Source: a virus (lineage: Duplodnaviria > Caudoviricetes). Taken from it: a stretch of 64,000 bases of DNA. The position numbers and the translations under genes were made by a program. This document shows positions 38,501-48,059 of the stretch, in pieces. The number at the start of each line of letters is the position of its first letter. Position 1 is the stretch's first letter. The DNA is taken from the IMG/VR virus record IMGVR_UViG_2867207765_000001, positions 30,514-94,513 of that record; one strand, 5' to 3'. A model generated the notes under the pieces. It did not search any database. It saw only the letters and a program-made list of their open reading frames with translations, and was not told where the DNA came from.

Positions 38501-39774
38501 GCCTGATGCGGTTCAACCTGCCCATCCCCGCCGATGAGTGGGGTGTCCTCGAACGCTCCCGCAGGCAGCGGGCACGCCTCGGCGTCATCATGGGAACCCA
38601 CCCGCTGGATGTCCCCTCCATCGCCGAGCAGGTCAGCCAGTGGCGCACCACCGACCTCGGCGGACGCAGCTTCGGGGAAGGTCGCCCCGCCGAGGACCTC
38701 CGGAACCTCCCCGACGAGAACCGGCAGTCCTTCCTCGCGTTCGGCGTCATCGCCAAGTGGGGAGAGCGGGCGTACAAGGGCGGGCAGATGGCGAACTTCA
38801 CCATCGAGAACTCCTCCATCGCACTCCGCGGCGTCATCTGGGACAAGACCCTCCGCGCAATCCGCGACAGCGACGGCGGGGTGCCAAGCTCCGGGCAGAT
38901 CATCGCCCTGTCCGGCCAGGTGCAGATCAACGAACGCGAAGTCACCGACGAGGACGACAACGTCGTCGAGGTGGTCACCACCAAGGAGGTCATGGGCTCC
39001 AAGGTGTGGCACATCGACGTTGACGACCCGGTCACCGCTGCTCCCGTCGCCGGTGAGGTCGGCTGGCGTGAGTTCCTGACCATCGCCGGGCAGGAGCCCG
39101 TCATCGAAATCCCGGAACTGCCGGCAGCCGCCCCCGCGGAACCGCAGCAGCCTGAGGAGACGGCCGCCACCGTCCTCCCCACCGACGACAGCGGCCTCAT
39201 CGTCGGCATCTCCTCGCCCGCGTCCGCACGCACCATCACCGCCCCGCAGACACTCAAGGCATTCCTCCGCCGGCACGGGAAGACGCTCGAGTTCACGCCG
39301 CCCCGCTCGGGATACCTCGACCCGGCGCCCGGCGTCGCCGTCGCGTCCCTCCGCGGGGAACCCCGCGCCGTCATCGCGTACATCCCGTCCGCGTACGCGA
39401 AGCGGACCCCGACCCTGCCGCCGGGACTCACCGCCGACGCACCCCTGCCGCCGTGGTGGGAGTTCGTCGGGTTCACCCGCAACCCCGACGACCCGGACGC
39501 GGAACCAGAAGCCGACACCGCCGACGGCGCGGCCGCGGACGGCGCTCAGTTGGACGGTGACGTCGCGGCCGCCGTGCACGACAAGCAGCAGACGCAGGAG
39601 CTGCGGCTGGACGGACAGTGGCCGGTCGCCGACGAGCCCTGGCAGGACCTCATGCCGTTCGACAACGACGAATGGGGCAATCCGAACCCGCCGGACGACG
39701 TCCTCCCCGAACCCGAGTACAGGCAGACCCTCACCCCGCAGCCCGGCTGGCTCGACAACCTCGACTTCGGATAG
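35596..39774 (+). CDS. dnaE: DNA polymerase III alpha subunit
   Basis: HLHVHSEHSPLDG PHP, GPGRGSAAGS, MPDMDLD, LLKLDVLGLRNL, FNASHSAAY; extra C-terminal extension. Confidence 0.96.
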   Translation: MTSDARWTHLHVHSEHSPLDGMVKFKAAVEKVKAEGGNALAITDHGNTSGAWKFAKVARDAGIKPIIGIEAYLALASDWRDEPDRHDPGTVETERDDETSAELDEQERGKAQKKTTKTKRNQHITLLAKNREGWHNLVRMQNAATNSYGGRFPLMDFKLIKQHSEGIIALTGCLGGPVLGPVSRGEMDEAERNLERIIDAVGRENVYVEIMEHGIAAETAALPVMADLAAKHGLQLVATNDAHYTREGDTHAHEAWCAIQSDSTLDDPKRFRFHGTGYWLRSEEEMRALRDEDWWQQAITNAGVVAERCDDVIPPTQMRLPAYDVPAEFPTARRFLVHLAKEGVKVRFPGEKYTQAVKDRLNEELTIVSDMGFIDYYLIVWDVINWCRRNGIRVGPGRGSAAGSLLSYCLFLVQVDPLENNLLFERFLEPGREGMPDMDLDFQQNRRGEVLEYLAQRWGRDRVARIGSFSAHKTRRALRDAGKLLGLPSIGDKLSKAVPVAGGKPYSFDQLADTDDMAGERFRQIQAEYGDDGEKVVALAAGFADTINGESIHACGTLICDTDLTDLIPLRRDRKMATSSGLATVTQWDGVDIDAFGLLKLDVLGLRNLDVVSKAVEYIEATTGEVIDTDKLPHPNDHSDARVRATWELLRSGRTAGIFQMESDGMAKLAQAVEPDCLTDLSAIVALYRPGPMGNNMHTMYAERKAGRQAVDYSMYSPIKAEQEAIATVLDDTYGVFVFQEQLMRLGTVISGFTAAQRSKLRKAVGKKKKDVMEQVGQELVAGAPVELRDDNGDIISIAFRPETATRVYDYMKASAEYLFNASHSAAYAYLAYITAYLKASWPAEYGAAILATTSADDKRQAALRALREEGIEVLAPDVNRSRGETFPIGPTSIILGLSEIKGVGQAGSDIAANREAHGPFASIHEMMNRVTDEFGKSIANTRVVEGLAEAGALDVFGSRLGILRVRDGLMRFNLPIPADEWGVLERSRRQRARLGVIMGTHPLDVPSIAEQVSQWRTTDLGGRSFGEGRPAEDLRNLPDENRQSFLAFGVIAKWGERAYKGGQMANFTIENSSIALRGVIWDKTLRAIRDSDGGVPSSGQIIALSGQVQINEREVTDEDDNVVEVVTTKEVMGSKVWHIDVDDPVTAAPVAGEVGWREFLTIAGQEPVIEIPELPAAAPAEPQQPEETAATVLPTDDSGLIVGISSPASARTITAPQTLKAFLRRHGKTLEFTPPRSGYLDPAPGVAVASLRGEPRAVIAYIPSAYAKRTPTLPPGLTADAPLPPWWEFVGFTRNPDDPDAEPEADTADGAAADGAQLDGDVAAAVHDKQQTQELRLDGQWPVADEPWQDLMPFDNDEWGNPNPPDDVLPEPEYRQTLTPQPGWLDNLDFG

Positions 39775-39863
39775 CCGCCGGCTGGCCTGCTGGATCGGCG
39801 GCTGCCCGAGTCTTGGCTTTGGCTGCTCCTGCCCGTGTCGGCGGTGGCTGAGACCATCGCCAT

Positions 39864-40841
39864 ATGGGAAGCGCCGCAGACTCCGTGAACTGGCTTCTTC
39901 GCGACGCGAAGAGGTCCGCCCTCCAAGGAGCATCTCTCTCCGGCAAGGAGGTGTTGAGGGATCTGGCCTTCGATGGCGCAGGCGTTGGCAGCTTTGCGCG
40001 CCAGCTGCTATCCGAGAACGCGGTCGACTTCGCGGGCTTCAAGCTCTCCGAAGCAGGCGCGCTCGGCCTGCAGGTCAACGCACTGTCGGAGAGCTTCCTT
40101 GCCCACTCCATCGCTACGCATCGCCGGCAGGAGTCGGCTTTCGCGGCCGCGTTCGCCGACGTCAAGGGCTTCAACGCGACCGCCCTGACCAATTCGATTG
40201 CATTCGACTTCGCAGAGTTCGCTTCTCTGTCTGCGCGCTTGAGCGAACCGTTTAGTGAGGGATTGAAGAATCCTGCGGGACTGCTCCTGGCCGAGATTAA
40301 TCGACAGCGTGGGCAGTTCGCTTGGGCCCTGGCTGGATCGCAGGAGATGTCAGCGAACTTCGTCGCGCAGGCCATGCGAGCGCAAAGCGCGACTCCGCTG
40401 GACGCTGTTGCCCCGCTCTGGGACGCCGTCAACGCGCACCGGAACGTACAAGACTCGCTCGACGACGTGCTGGATGCACTGCTGCAGCCCGGGCCGCTCG
40501 GAATCGACTATGCGGCCATTGAAGACCGCGCCGAGCGGCTGGCGCACAGCGTTGGAGAACTCGACGGCCGTGAACGCGAAGCGCTCGATGCCGCGGTCGC
40601 TCCGGCCGCACACGTCACACACACCGCCAGCTCGACGATTCGTGACCAGGTCGACGCTCTGGGCCTCGGAGCGTTCGCCCGGCACTACGGCCGAGAGGTG
40701 AGCATCTTCCTTGCGTTCAGCGTCGGCCTCACGTATGCCACGTTGCAAGCCGGAGCGGGGGACCTTCAGCCAGGCACATTCTTCGAGGCCGCGGGCTATG
40801 GGTCCGGGGTCTACAAGCTGGTGCGAGCTCGGCTTCGCTAG
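39864..40841 (+). CDS. hypothetical protein, atypical composition
   Basis: 325-aa ORF with visibly more A/T third positions. Confidence 0.65.
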   Translation: MGSAADSVNWLLRDAKRSALQGASLSGKEVLRDLAFDGAGVGSFARQLLSENAVDFAGFKLSEAGALGLQVNALSESFLAHSIATHRRQESAFAAAFADVKGFNATALTNSIAFDFAEFASLSARLSEPFSEGLKNPAGLLLAEINRQRGQFAWALAGSQEMSANFVAQAMRAQSATPLDAVAPLWDAVNAHRNVQDSLDDVLDALLQPGPLGIDYAAIEDRAERLAHSVGELDGREREALDAAVAPAAHVTHTASSTIRDQVDALGLGAFARHYGREVSIFLAFSVGLTYATLQAGAGDLQPGTFFEAAGYGSGVYKLVRARLR

Positions 40842-40928
40842 CTGCCACCACCTGGTTCCGTCTCGTCCCGCGCATAGAGGGTGCGGGCGCCTGCTGGCGT
40901 CGTTTCGTCACGTCAGAAGGAACCTCTC

Positions 40929-41290
40929 ATGGGCCGCGCGATCTTCGTCTGCGCTTTCATCGTTGTCGCTTTGAGTGCGGCGGTGTTCGGCGTGGTGAAC
41001 ACGCTCACTCCGACGAGCCCGACGCATCCGTGCTTGGTGACGGGGAAGGACCACTCGTACCAGGTGACCAGCAGGGGCGGGTCGCGGTCGGTGTACCGCG
41101 TCTACACAAAGGACTGCGGCACGTTTGAGGTGCAGGACTCCCCGTCCATCTGACGTTCCGGTCCGCTGACACGTACGGCAGCATCGTGCAGGGCCACACC
41201 TACCGGTTCACGACGTTCGGACGTCGGGTGGGGCTGCTCGGAACGGGCATGTTCCCCAACATCGTGAAGGCCGTCGAGGTCGGCAGCTGA
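40929..41290 (+). pseudogene. secreted/membrane protein of actinophage type, frameshifted near 41145
   Basis: MGRAIF...YRVYTKDCGTFEVQDS then, in the -1 frame, LTFRSADTYGSIVQGHTYRFTTFGRRVGLLGTGMFPNIV*. Confidence 0.7.
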
Positions 41291-41332
41291 CGCGGTTCCC
41301 GCTCCCGGAACCGACCAGGCATAGACGCGTCC

Positions 41333-41902
41333 ATGACCGAGTACCTGCTGCACACCGACCTCGAGACGACCGGCCTCGACCCGGCAACCTGCTCCATCGT
41401 TGAGGTGGGCGCCATCCTCACCGACGCGAACCTCAACACCCTCGCCACGATGAACATGCTCGTCCGCCCGGAGCAGTTCACCGCGGACGGCGACGTGATC
41501 TGGCAGCCGGGCGCGAAGGAGCTCGCCGACCTCAACGGGCTCGCGGACGACGTCGACGCCGGGCTGATGGACGACACCCTGGTGGATGTCGCTGCCGTCG
41601 AGCAGGGGCTCCTCGCCCTCATCGCGGCGCACGTGCCCGAGGGTGCAACGCTGCTGCTCGCCGGGTCCGGGGTGGCGAAGTTCGACTCCCGCTTCATCGA
41701 GCGGTACATGCCCACCCTCCACCGTCGCCTGGCGTACTACCCCGCCGACGTCGGCATCCTCCGCCGCGCGTACCGTCGCGCAACCGGCCGTGACCTCACC
41801 CCCGTCAACGAGGACAAGACGCACCGGGCGTTCGACGACGTGGAATGCCACCTCGAGGAGGCCCGCGCGTTCAACCAGTTCTTCCAGGAGCAGGCAGCAT
41901 GA
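41333..41902 (+). CDS. orn: oligoribonuclease-like DEDDh exonuclease
   Basis: DLETTGLD...IVEVGAILTDANL, LAGSGVAKFDSRFI, HRAFDDV. Confidence 0.88.
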   Translation: MTEYLLHTDLETTGLDPATCSIVEVGAILTDANLNTLATMNMLVRPEQFTADGDVIWQPGAKELADLNGLADDVDAGLMDDTLVDVAAVEQGLLALIAAHVPEGATLLLAGSGVAKFDSRFIERYMPTLHRRLAYYPADVGILRRAYRRATGRDLTPVNEDKTHRAFDDVECHLEEARAFNQFFQEQAA

Positions 41903-42106
41903 CCGACGACCAGACCGCTCAGATCCTCGCCGCGTGGGGCCGGTTCCTCGAGGAGCTCTACCCCGCGAACCCCGCCGCTCACCGACGGAGCATCGCCTGA
42001 TGGCCGCCCCGCACGAACCCGCCGCGGACCGCAACTGGTGGGAGCACCTCGGCGACACGCAGCGACCCACCCCGCAGCCCGCCGCAGCCGACTCGTCGAC
42101 GACCCG

Positions 42107-42790
42107 ATGAACGAGCCGACGTTCCTCACGAAGCGGGTCCGGCTGCGCACCGCGTACGATTACGAGGCGGCGTTCCGGTACGGCGGTGTGCACCTGTGGC
42201 CGCTGCCGAAGCGCCCGGTGCAGGGGCCGCTCATCGACCCGGAGCTCCGCGAGGGGTGGATGCGGGAGTGGCAGATCCGCGCCGCAACGGAGGAGAACGC
42301 CCGCCGCTGGTCGAAGCACACGCACGAGTCGATCGACCTGTACGTGATGAGCGATGACTGCGGGCACGGCAACCCGGAAAACGACGACGACGCGTACGAC
42401 TTCGACCTCATCGAACAGCTCGAGCACGCCGTCACCTCGCTTCGCGTTTGGACGCCTGGCGAAGGATTCGTCATCAACGACCAGACTGCGTACGACGCTG
42501 CAGTCACCGCCCGCGACAGCCACCCCGAGTACATCCGATGCGTGGCCGCGCAGGACGAGTACGACGACCTGCACGGCAGCGGCATCTGCCTCGCCAGCCC
42601 TCTCGGGTCCGTCTGCGTCGCCTGCGCCGAGTCGCACGGCACCGGCAGCGACGACTTCGGGTATGAGTCGCACGGTTGTCTTCTCGCCTCCGACGCGAGC
42701 GAGGCGTTCAACGAGTTCTGGGGAGCCAACGGCGACGAGGATGGCCGGCCATCCCGTTTCCGTCCCGCCGCGACCGCACCGACGACGTAG
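42107..42790 (+). CDS. hypothetical acidic Cys-containing protein
   Basis: ATG 42107 within ORF 42038..42790. Confidence 0.7.
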   Translation: MNEPTFLTKRVRLRTAYDYEAAFRYGGVHLWPLPKRPVQGPLIDPELREGWMREWQIRAATEENARRWSKHTHESIDLYVMSDDCGHGNPENDDDAYDFDLIEQLEHAVTSLRVWTPGEGFVINDQTAYDAAVTARDSHPEYIRCVAAQDEYDDLHGSGICLASPLGSVCVACAESHGTGSDDFGYESHGCLLASDASEAFNEFWGANGDEDGRPSRFRPAATAPTT

Positions 42791-42833
42791 CGCCCGCGCA
42801 TAGGAAGGGTGACCGCCAGCGAAAGGACGCTCC

Positions 42834-43136
42834 GTGCCCGCACCCACCATCGCTCCGCCCACCACCGCCGCCACTGCTGAGCGGCATCGGAAGCAGACCG
42901 CGCTCTACCTCACCGGAACCGGCGCCGCCATGTACCGCACCGAGGACGAGACCTACGCGTTCACCCGCGCGCTCCCGCAGTCGATGCCCACCCCGCAGCA
43001 CACCGACTTCGACCACCTGCTCATCGACGGTCTCATCGCCTTCGACGATCCGTGGGCGAGCGGGAACCTCCGCCTGCACCTGACTCCCGCCGGCCGCGTC
43101 GCCCTCGACGCTGGGTACGTCCCCGCTGCCGCATGA
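42834..43136 (+). CDS. small hypothetical protein (wHTH-like end)
   Basis: GAAAGGA RBS; LTPAGR. Confidence 0.65.
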   Translation: MPAPTIAPPTTAATAERHRKQTALYLTGTGAAMYRTEDETYAFTRALPQSMPTPQHTDFDHLLIDGLIAFDDPWASGNLRLHLTPAGRVALDAGYVPAAA

Positions 43137-43720
43137 CTGCCCTGTTCCTCGCCGAGCGTCAGGCGCTGCGCCTCACCGCCGACGGCAAGGTCATCTGGTT
43201 GAGCACCAGTGACACGTTCACCACCATCAACGCCAACCTGCCGCACCCTGACACCCAGATGCGGGCGTTGGAAGCCGCCGGCCTCGTCGTCGTGGACCGC
43301 AGCGTCCACAGCCGATGGCATCGGCTGGTGCAGGTGACCGACTCTGGTTGGGAGGCCCTCGGCGTCGACCCGACGTCGCCGCGCATCCTGCCTGTCGGCG
43401 CGGAGGTCATCTACACCGGCCTCGACGCGGACGACCTGACCCTGTTCGGCGGCGGCGTTGGCATCGTCGACGCTGACCACACCATCACCGTCAACGGGAC
43501 CGTCTTCCCTGGCCGCTTCGAACCGTTCGACCTGGCACTCGCCCCCGGACAGCAGGTCCAGGACCGTGCCGGCACCACCTATCTCACCATCAGCCCCCGA
43601 AGCGGCCCGTCCAGCGTCCACAGCACCTGGGTGAGCGACGACCGCGGTTCCGAGATCCGCACCATCCTCACCAAGACCATCACCGGCACCCGCCGCCCGA
43701 ACCAGGGAGCCTCCGCATGA
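43133..43720 (+). CDS. hypothetical protein with wHTH-like N-terminus
   Basis: ALEAAGLV...VTDSG. Confidence 0.65.
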   Translation: MTALFLAERQALRLTADGKVIWLSTSDTFTTINANLPHPDTQMRALEAAGLVVVDRSVHSRWHRLVQVTDSGWEALGVDPTSPRILPVGAEVIYTGLDADDLTLFGGGVGIVDADHTITVNGTVFPGRFEPFDLALAPGQQVQDRAGTTYLTISPRSGPSSVHSTWVSDDRGSEIRTILTKTITGTRRPNQGASA

Positions 43721-44523
43721 GCGACCAGCTGACTACCGTCGATGACCTCGACACCGAAGCGCTGTTCCGCGCGCTGACGAGGCGCATCGAGACGGAGACC
43801 GGCCGCCCCTTCTACCGGGAGCACAGCGAGCTGTACTTCTTCGAGCAGGGTGTCCGCGCCGGCCGCGGCCTCCCGTTCCGGATGCAGGAACACACCGACG
43901 CGGACGGGAACCCCATCGACCGGCAGTACTCGAAGCCCACGACGCCGGTGCCAGCGAAGCCGGACGCACCGGTCGTCCCCGGATCCGACATCGCCGAAGC
44001 GGTGACAGTCACGGAGGGGCAGCGGAAGGCGCTGCAGCTCGTCGCCGACGGAGAGGTGTTCGTCGCGAACTCCGGTACCACCCACCACTGCTACCCGTCG
44101 GATGGCCGCCGCTCCCCGCACACCAAGACGTTCCAGGCGCTCGAGGACGCCGGTCTCATCCGCGTCAGCAACCGCCGCCACCGCCTCGGCGGATGGGTGA
44201 CCGACCTGACCCCGCGCGGCCACGCCACCCTTACGGCCGCACCGAAGCCGGACCCCGTGGCATCCATGACGAAGGCGCAGCACCGGGCGTTGACCCTCGT
44301 CGCGACCGGCGCCATCTACTTCGACGAGGTCATCCCCAGCTACGAGAAGGACTGGACCAAGTTCTCCGGGTCGTTGCCGCTCTACCCGACGTTCTCCAAC
44401 CTCGAAAAGGTCGAGTTCACCACCCGCGACCACGCCGCACGAGAGGGCAAGCGGGTCCCCGTCATCCTCACCGACGCCGGACGCGCTGCACTCCATGAGA
44501 AAGGCCCGTACGTTGCGCGCTGA
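43717..44523 (+). CDS. protein with two wHTH-like repeats
   Basis: TEGQRKAL...ALEDAGLI...LTPRG and TKAQHRAL...LTDAGR. Confidence 0.7.
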   Translation: MSDQLTTVDDLDTEALFRALTRRIETETGRPFYREHSELYFFEQGVRAGRGLPFRMQEHTDADGNPIDRQYSKPTTPVPAKPDAPVVPGSDIAEAVTVTEGQRKALQLVADGEVFVANSGTTHHCYPSDGRRSPHTKTFQALEDAGLIRVSNRRHRLGGWVTDLTPRGHATLTAAPKPDPVASMTKAQHRALTLVATGAIYFDEVIPSYEKDWTKFSGSLPLYPTFSNLEKVEFTTRDHAAREGKRVPVILTDAGRAALHEKGPYVAR

Positions 44524-45220
44524 GCAGAACCAGAGCGACCAGGAGCTTGACGCCTCGGTTGACATCGCCGCAGCTGCCGCGGCCGCGCAGGAGGATGAGG
44601 AGCCAGCGACCAGCGAACCAGGCGACCTGTTCGACTCACACGGGTACCCGACCGACGAAGCGCTCGAACGGCTCGCCCGATTCGAGGGAACCCCGGCGGA
44701 GTACGTCGCCTACGCGGAGTCACTGTGGGTGAACGGCGCCGGTGTCACCATCGAGGACATCAGCGACCGATGGCAACGGACGTGGAAGCGGGTGACGTTC
44801 GTCACCGGCGGCTGGTCCGGCTGTGAGGACGTGATCAGCCAGGTCGAGCACTCGATGTTCTCGTTCCGGTTCAAGCGGGAGTGGAAGTCCGGCGGCTACT
44901 GGATGTACGAGATACCTACCGACCAGTGGGACAGTGCACCGTCGTTCCTCGGGAAACTGTGGGTCCTCGCCGAGCAGCAGTCGCCAACCCGCGGCATGCA
45001 CGTTTCCCGCATCCGCCCCATCGACACCGCGCTCCTCCGACACGTCATCGACCTCCTCGACAACGATCAGACGCTCGTCGCCCGGCAACGTCTCGTCGAA
45101 GCGAGCACCGCGGCGGAACGTGGCGTCGACCTCCTCGAACTCGCTGCTGACCTGACCGACAGCGACCAGACGCGCGCTTTCCGCGCTGCCCTGCACGCGC
45201 TCGCCGGTGACTCAGCGTGA
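44495..45220 (+). CDS. hypothetical protein
   Basis: GYPTDEALE...TGGWSGCEDVI...WKSGG, a phage-like pattern. Confidence 0.7.
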   Translation: MRKARTLRAEQNQSDQELDASVDIAAAAAAAQEDEEPATSEPGDLFDSHGYPTDEALERLARFEGTPAEYVAYAESLWVNGAGVTIEDISDRWQRTWKRVTFVTGGWSGCEDVISQVEHSMFSFRFKREWKSGGYWMYEIPTDQWDSAPSFLGKLWVLAEQQSPTRGMHVSRIRPIDTALLRHVIDLLDNDQTLVARQRLVEASTAAERGVDLLELAADLTDSDQTRAFRAALHALAGDSA

Positions 45221-45313
45221 CCGCGTGGGCGCGGGCGTGAGGCCGTGCCGACGCGTGAACTCGACCGAGAGCTCCAGAGCTTCACGGAGGGAGTTCGTTG
45301 CTGTGCTTCCGGA

Positions 45314-45838
45314 TCAACAGCCTTCCGAGGTGTTCGCGCTGAGGTTGAGGCGAAGCCGGATCCGTTGCGAAGCAGGGCCCGAGTCCGTGTCAGACGGGAA
45401 GACGACGGCGTTCGCTTCGTCCAGGTTCGGAGCAGTCGCGAGTTGGTTGATGGGCCCGAGAGCACTCAAGTAGTAGTTGCGGAGGCTCGTCACGTCCTTC
45501 TGATCGACCACCGAGGGCCACTCGAACGCGCCGTCATCCAAGCGCCGCGCCGTGTTCTGAGCCGGCGCGAGCAGCGCCTTTGCGGACGACTGGATAGCAG
45601 CGAGATTCTGCGCGGTGAGCGCGTCATTCAGAGTCGCCGAAGCCTTGTTCACCGGACACAACGTCGCAAGGAAGTACTTGCCCGCATCTGCGATGCTCGC
45701 GGCCGTTGGCGTCGGAGTCGGGCTGCTGGAGGCGACGGAACGTGCGTGCGCCGTCTCGGAATGCCCGCTACTCGAGCACCCCGTCAGCGAAGCGGCGAGG
45801 ACGAGGCTGAAAGCGGCTGCGGTGACGATTCTGTTCAC
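45314..45838 (-). CDS. lipoprotein
   Basis: Lipobox LTGC; YFLATLCPVN. Confidence 0.75.
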   Translation of the reverse strand: MNRIVTAAAFSLVLAASLTGCSSSGHSETAHARSVASSSPTPTPTAASIADAGKYFLATLCPVNKASATLNDALTAQNLAAIQSSAKALLAPAQNTARRLDDGAFEWPSVVDQKDVTSLRNYYLSALGPINQLATAPNLDEANAVVFPSDTDSGPASQRIRLRLNLSANTSEGC

Positions 45839-46065
45839 AGGCTGATCATAGGTGAGAATCTGACAGCCACTCATCCCTCGTCCAGGTGCGCCGAGATGCG
45901 GCGAGCGCCGCTGCAACTCCGCGAACGGACCGCTATCGCCATGACGGTACAGATGTCCCGCAACGCTGTCGCCGCCGTCGCCGTCGCCGTCGGGTGCCCT
46001 CCCAAACGCGCCCCTTCCGCGCATAGACGGTTCGACGACCTGTCCGAGAGCATGAGGAGAATCCA

Positions 46066-46368
46066 ATGTCCGCTGTGAACCCTTTCGCTGGAATGTCCGC
46101 CGACGAGATCCGTGCGGTGCAGAAGGTTCGGCACGAGGAGGAGAGCCGGCAGGCTGCTGCCGCCGTGCGCGACCAGGTCAGCGACGACGCGTTCATCAGC
46201 GACGCCGGCAAGTCCATGTTCACGGTCGAGCGAAACGTGTGGACGTTGACCGTCTCCACGTTCGAGTGGGGGCAGGTGGAGGGCGAGGTGACGTTCGGTC
46301 GAGAGGAGGCAGCGCGGCTTCGTGACTTCCTCACGGCGGCGCTCGTCGACGAAGGTACCGGCCAGTAG
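46066..46368 (+). CDS. hypothetical protein
   Basis: GAGGAG RBS, CGCATAG at 46017-46026. Confidence 0.7.
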   Translation: MSAVNPFAGMSADEIRAVQKVRHEEESRQAAAAVRDQVSDDAFISDAGKSMFTVERNVWTLTVSTFEWGQVEGEVTFGREEAARLRDFLTAALVDEGTGQ

Positions 46369-46471
46369 CAGCCCCGCCGAGAAGGCCGCTGCCGCACGAA
46401 GTGTCAGGGCATAGGACCGCTGTCCGAGCCGGCAGACACGTCGGCGCACCTCTCGTCAGGAAGAACCCTCG

Positions 46472-47005
46472 ATGCGTCTCCGCTTCGCCGCCGCCGCGGC
46501 CCTCATCGCAGCATCCTCTGCGCTCACCCTCACCGGCTGCGCCGGCACGAGCACCCCGAACGCGTGCCCGACGGACAGCCCGTCACCGAAGGCGCTCGCT
46601 GAAACGACGGTGTTCAGCAGTGGCAGCCACATCGGCAGTTTCAGTCACGGCAGCTTCGGCAGCATCCACTCGTACAGCGGCGGGTCGCACTCGTCGTTCG
46701 GTGGGTCCCACTCGTTCGGTGGGTCGCACACCAGCACCGGTACGGGAACCAAGACCGCCCCGAAGGTCGCCCCGAAGGTGCCGGCCGCGCCGAAGCTGAA
46801 CCTCACGAAGCCGAAGTCGACGACACCCCGCACCACCACCGGCGGTTCCAGCACGACCGGCGGCGGTCGGCCGAACACGACACAGCCGGGCACCACCACC
46901 CACTACCACCAGCACACGTACTACAACACCGGCGGCGGCTTCGGCAGCAGCATCTGGCCCTGGCTGTGGTTCAGCAACCACTCCAACCGGAACACCTGCC
47001 GGTGA
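46472..47005 (+). CDS. Ser/Gly/Thr-rich lipoprotein
   Basis: Lipobox LTGC; GGSHS repeats; C-terminal WPWLW. Confidence 0.7.
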   Translation: MRLRFAAAAALIAASSALTLTGCAGTSTPNACPTDSPSPKALAETTVFSSGSHIGSFSHGSFGSIHSYSGGSHSSFGGSHSFGGSHTSTGTGTKTAPKVAPKVPAAPKLNLTKPKSTTPRTTTGGSSTTGGGRPNTTQPGTTTHYHQHTYYNTGGGFGSSIWPWLWFSNHSNRNTCR

Positions 47006-47325
47006 CCGACACCATCACCCCAGGCCAGCTCCGCGCCGCCACCACCTGGTACGTCACCGCCCTCACCCACTGGCCGGACAGCATCAACGCCAGCCAGTGG
47101 CAGGCAACCATCGACGCTCTGAACGCCGCAGCCGCCACCATCGAACAGCTCACCGGCCCGAGCCATCTCGACCCCGCACCGTTCACGTTCGCGTACCCAT
47201 CCGGCGCACTCATCCGCCGAGCCACCCTCCCCGCCGGCCGCACCGGCTGGCGATTCAACCCCCGCCCCGGGTATCAGCAGAACCGCGACCGATACGACTG
47301 GCGAACACGCGCAGACGCGGCCTGA
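47002..47325 (+). CDS. hypothetical protein
   Basis: GTGA-coupled ORF. Confidence 0.6.
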   Translation: MTDTITPGQLRAATTWYVTALTHWPDSINASQWQATIDALNAAAATIEQLTGPSHLDPAPFTFAYPSGALIRRATLPAGRTGWRFNPRPGYQQNRDRYDWRTRADAA

Positions 47326-47447
47326 GTGGGAGATGGGCTGGGATCACGGCTGACCAACCACGACGCCACCCAGCTCGCCACAGCTCACCGCACCGCCGAG
47401 GTACAGCACGCGGTCGAGATGGTTCGCGAGCAGACCAGCGAGACGGG

Positions 47448-47969
47448 TCATGGACCCTCGCTGCCTGACTCGTCGGGGTCGTACTCAAAGAACCGAGACC
47501 GAATGGCGCGGACAGCAAGGAATACGAGCCGGGCAGCCCCAAGAAGCAGGTGCACCCCGGCCAGGACCGCAATAGTCCAAACGCAAAAGGCAAACCACGG
47601 AGTCGCCCCTGAAGGCGATACGTAGTAGGACACAAAAAGGCCCGCGAAGGCAATAAGACCGGCAAGATTGATCGGCCAAGTCCAATAAGCGACAGCAACG
47701 AAATAATCGTCAAATATGTGAAGCGCAGTCCGTAGACCCGAAACTTCGCTAGCCAAAGCGGCTGAGACGGCCCGATACGCGTCGGACTCCTCATCGTCGA
47801 TGAGCTTCAGCGTCTCCAAGGCCGTCTTGATCGCCGCAATGCGCTCCCTTGGCCGGTCTGCTTGTCCGAGCACCCAGAACGCTCGGACGGTCCCCGTGAG
47901 AAGCCCGACCGCGGCGGCGGACAGCAGGAACGTCGGCAGCAGCTTGTTCCAGTCGCCCCAGTCGAACAC
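47448..47969 (-). CDS. multi-pass membrane protein, lower-GC insert
   Basis: 3' part of ORF 47448..49328 with three TM segments; start uncertain. Confidence 0.6.
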   Translation of the reverse strand: MFDWGDWNKLLPTFLLSAAAVGLLTGTVRAFWVLGQADRPRERIAAIKTALETLKLIDDEESDAYRAVSAALASEVSGLRTALHIFDDYFVAVAYWTWPINLAGLIAFAGLFVSYYVSPSGATPWFAFCVWTIAVLAGVHLLLGAARLVFLAVRAIRSRFFEYDPDESGSEGP

Positions 47970-48059
47970 TCGCTCAGCATAGAGATTGAAGATTGCCGGG
48001 CCAACGTCGACGGTTAGAGCCGGCCCCGCCTCCTTCCGCCCGGGTCGCATAGGTGGGGT

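Noticed and set aside
35596-39774. Intein or split in DnaE
   Set aside because: Motifs are colinear with no intein ends; the extra length is a C-terminal tail.
30819-39933. Long minus-strand ORFs (30819..33281, 35509..37689, 37744..39933)
   Set aside because: Antisense shadows of the primase-helicase and dnaE, typical of high-GC codon bias; no motifs.
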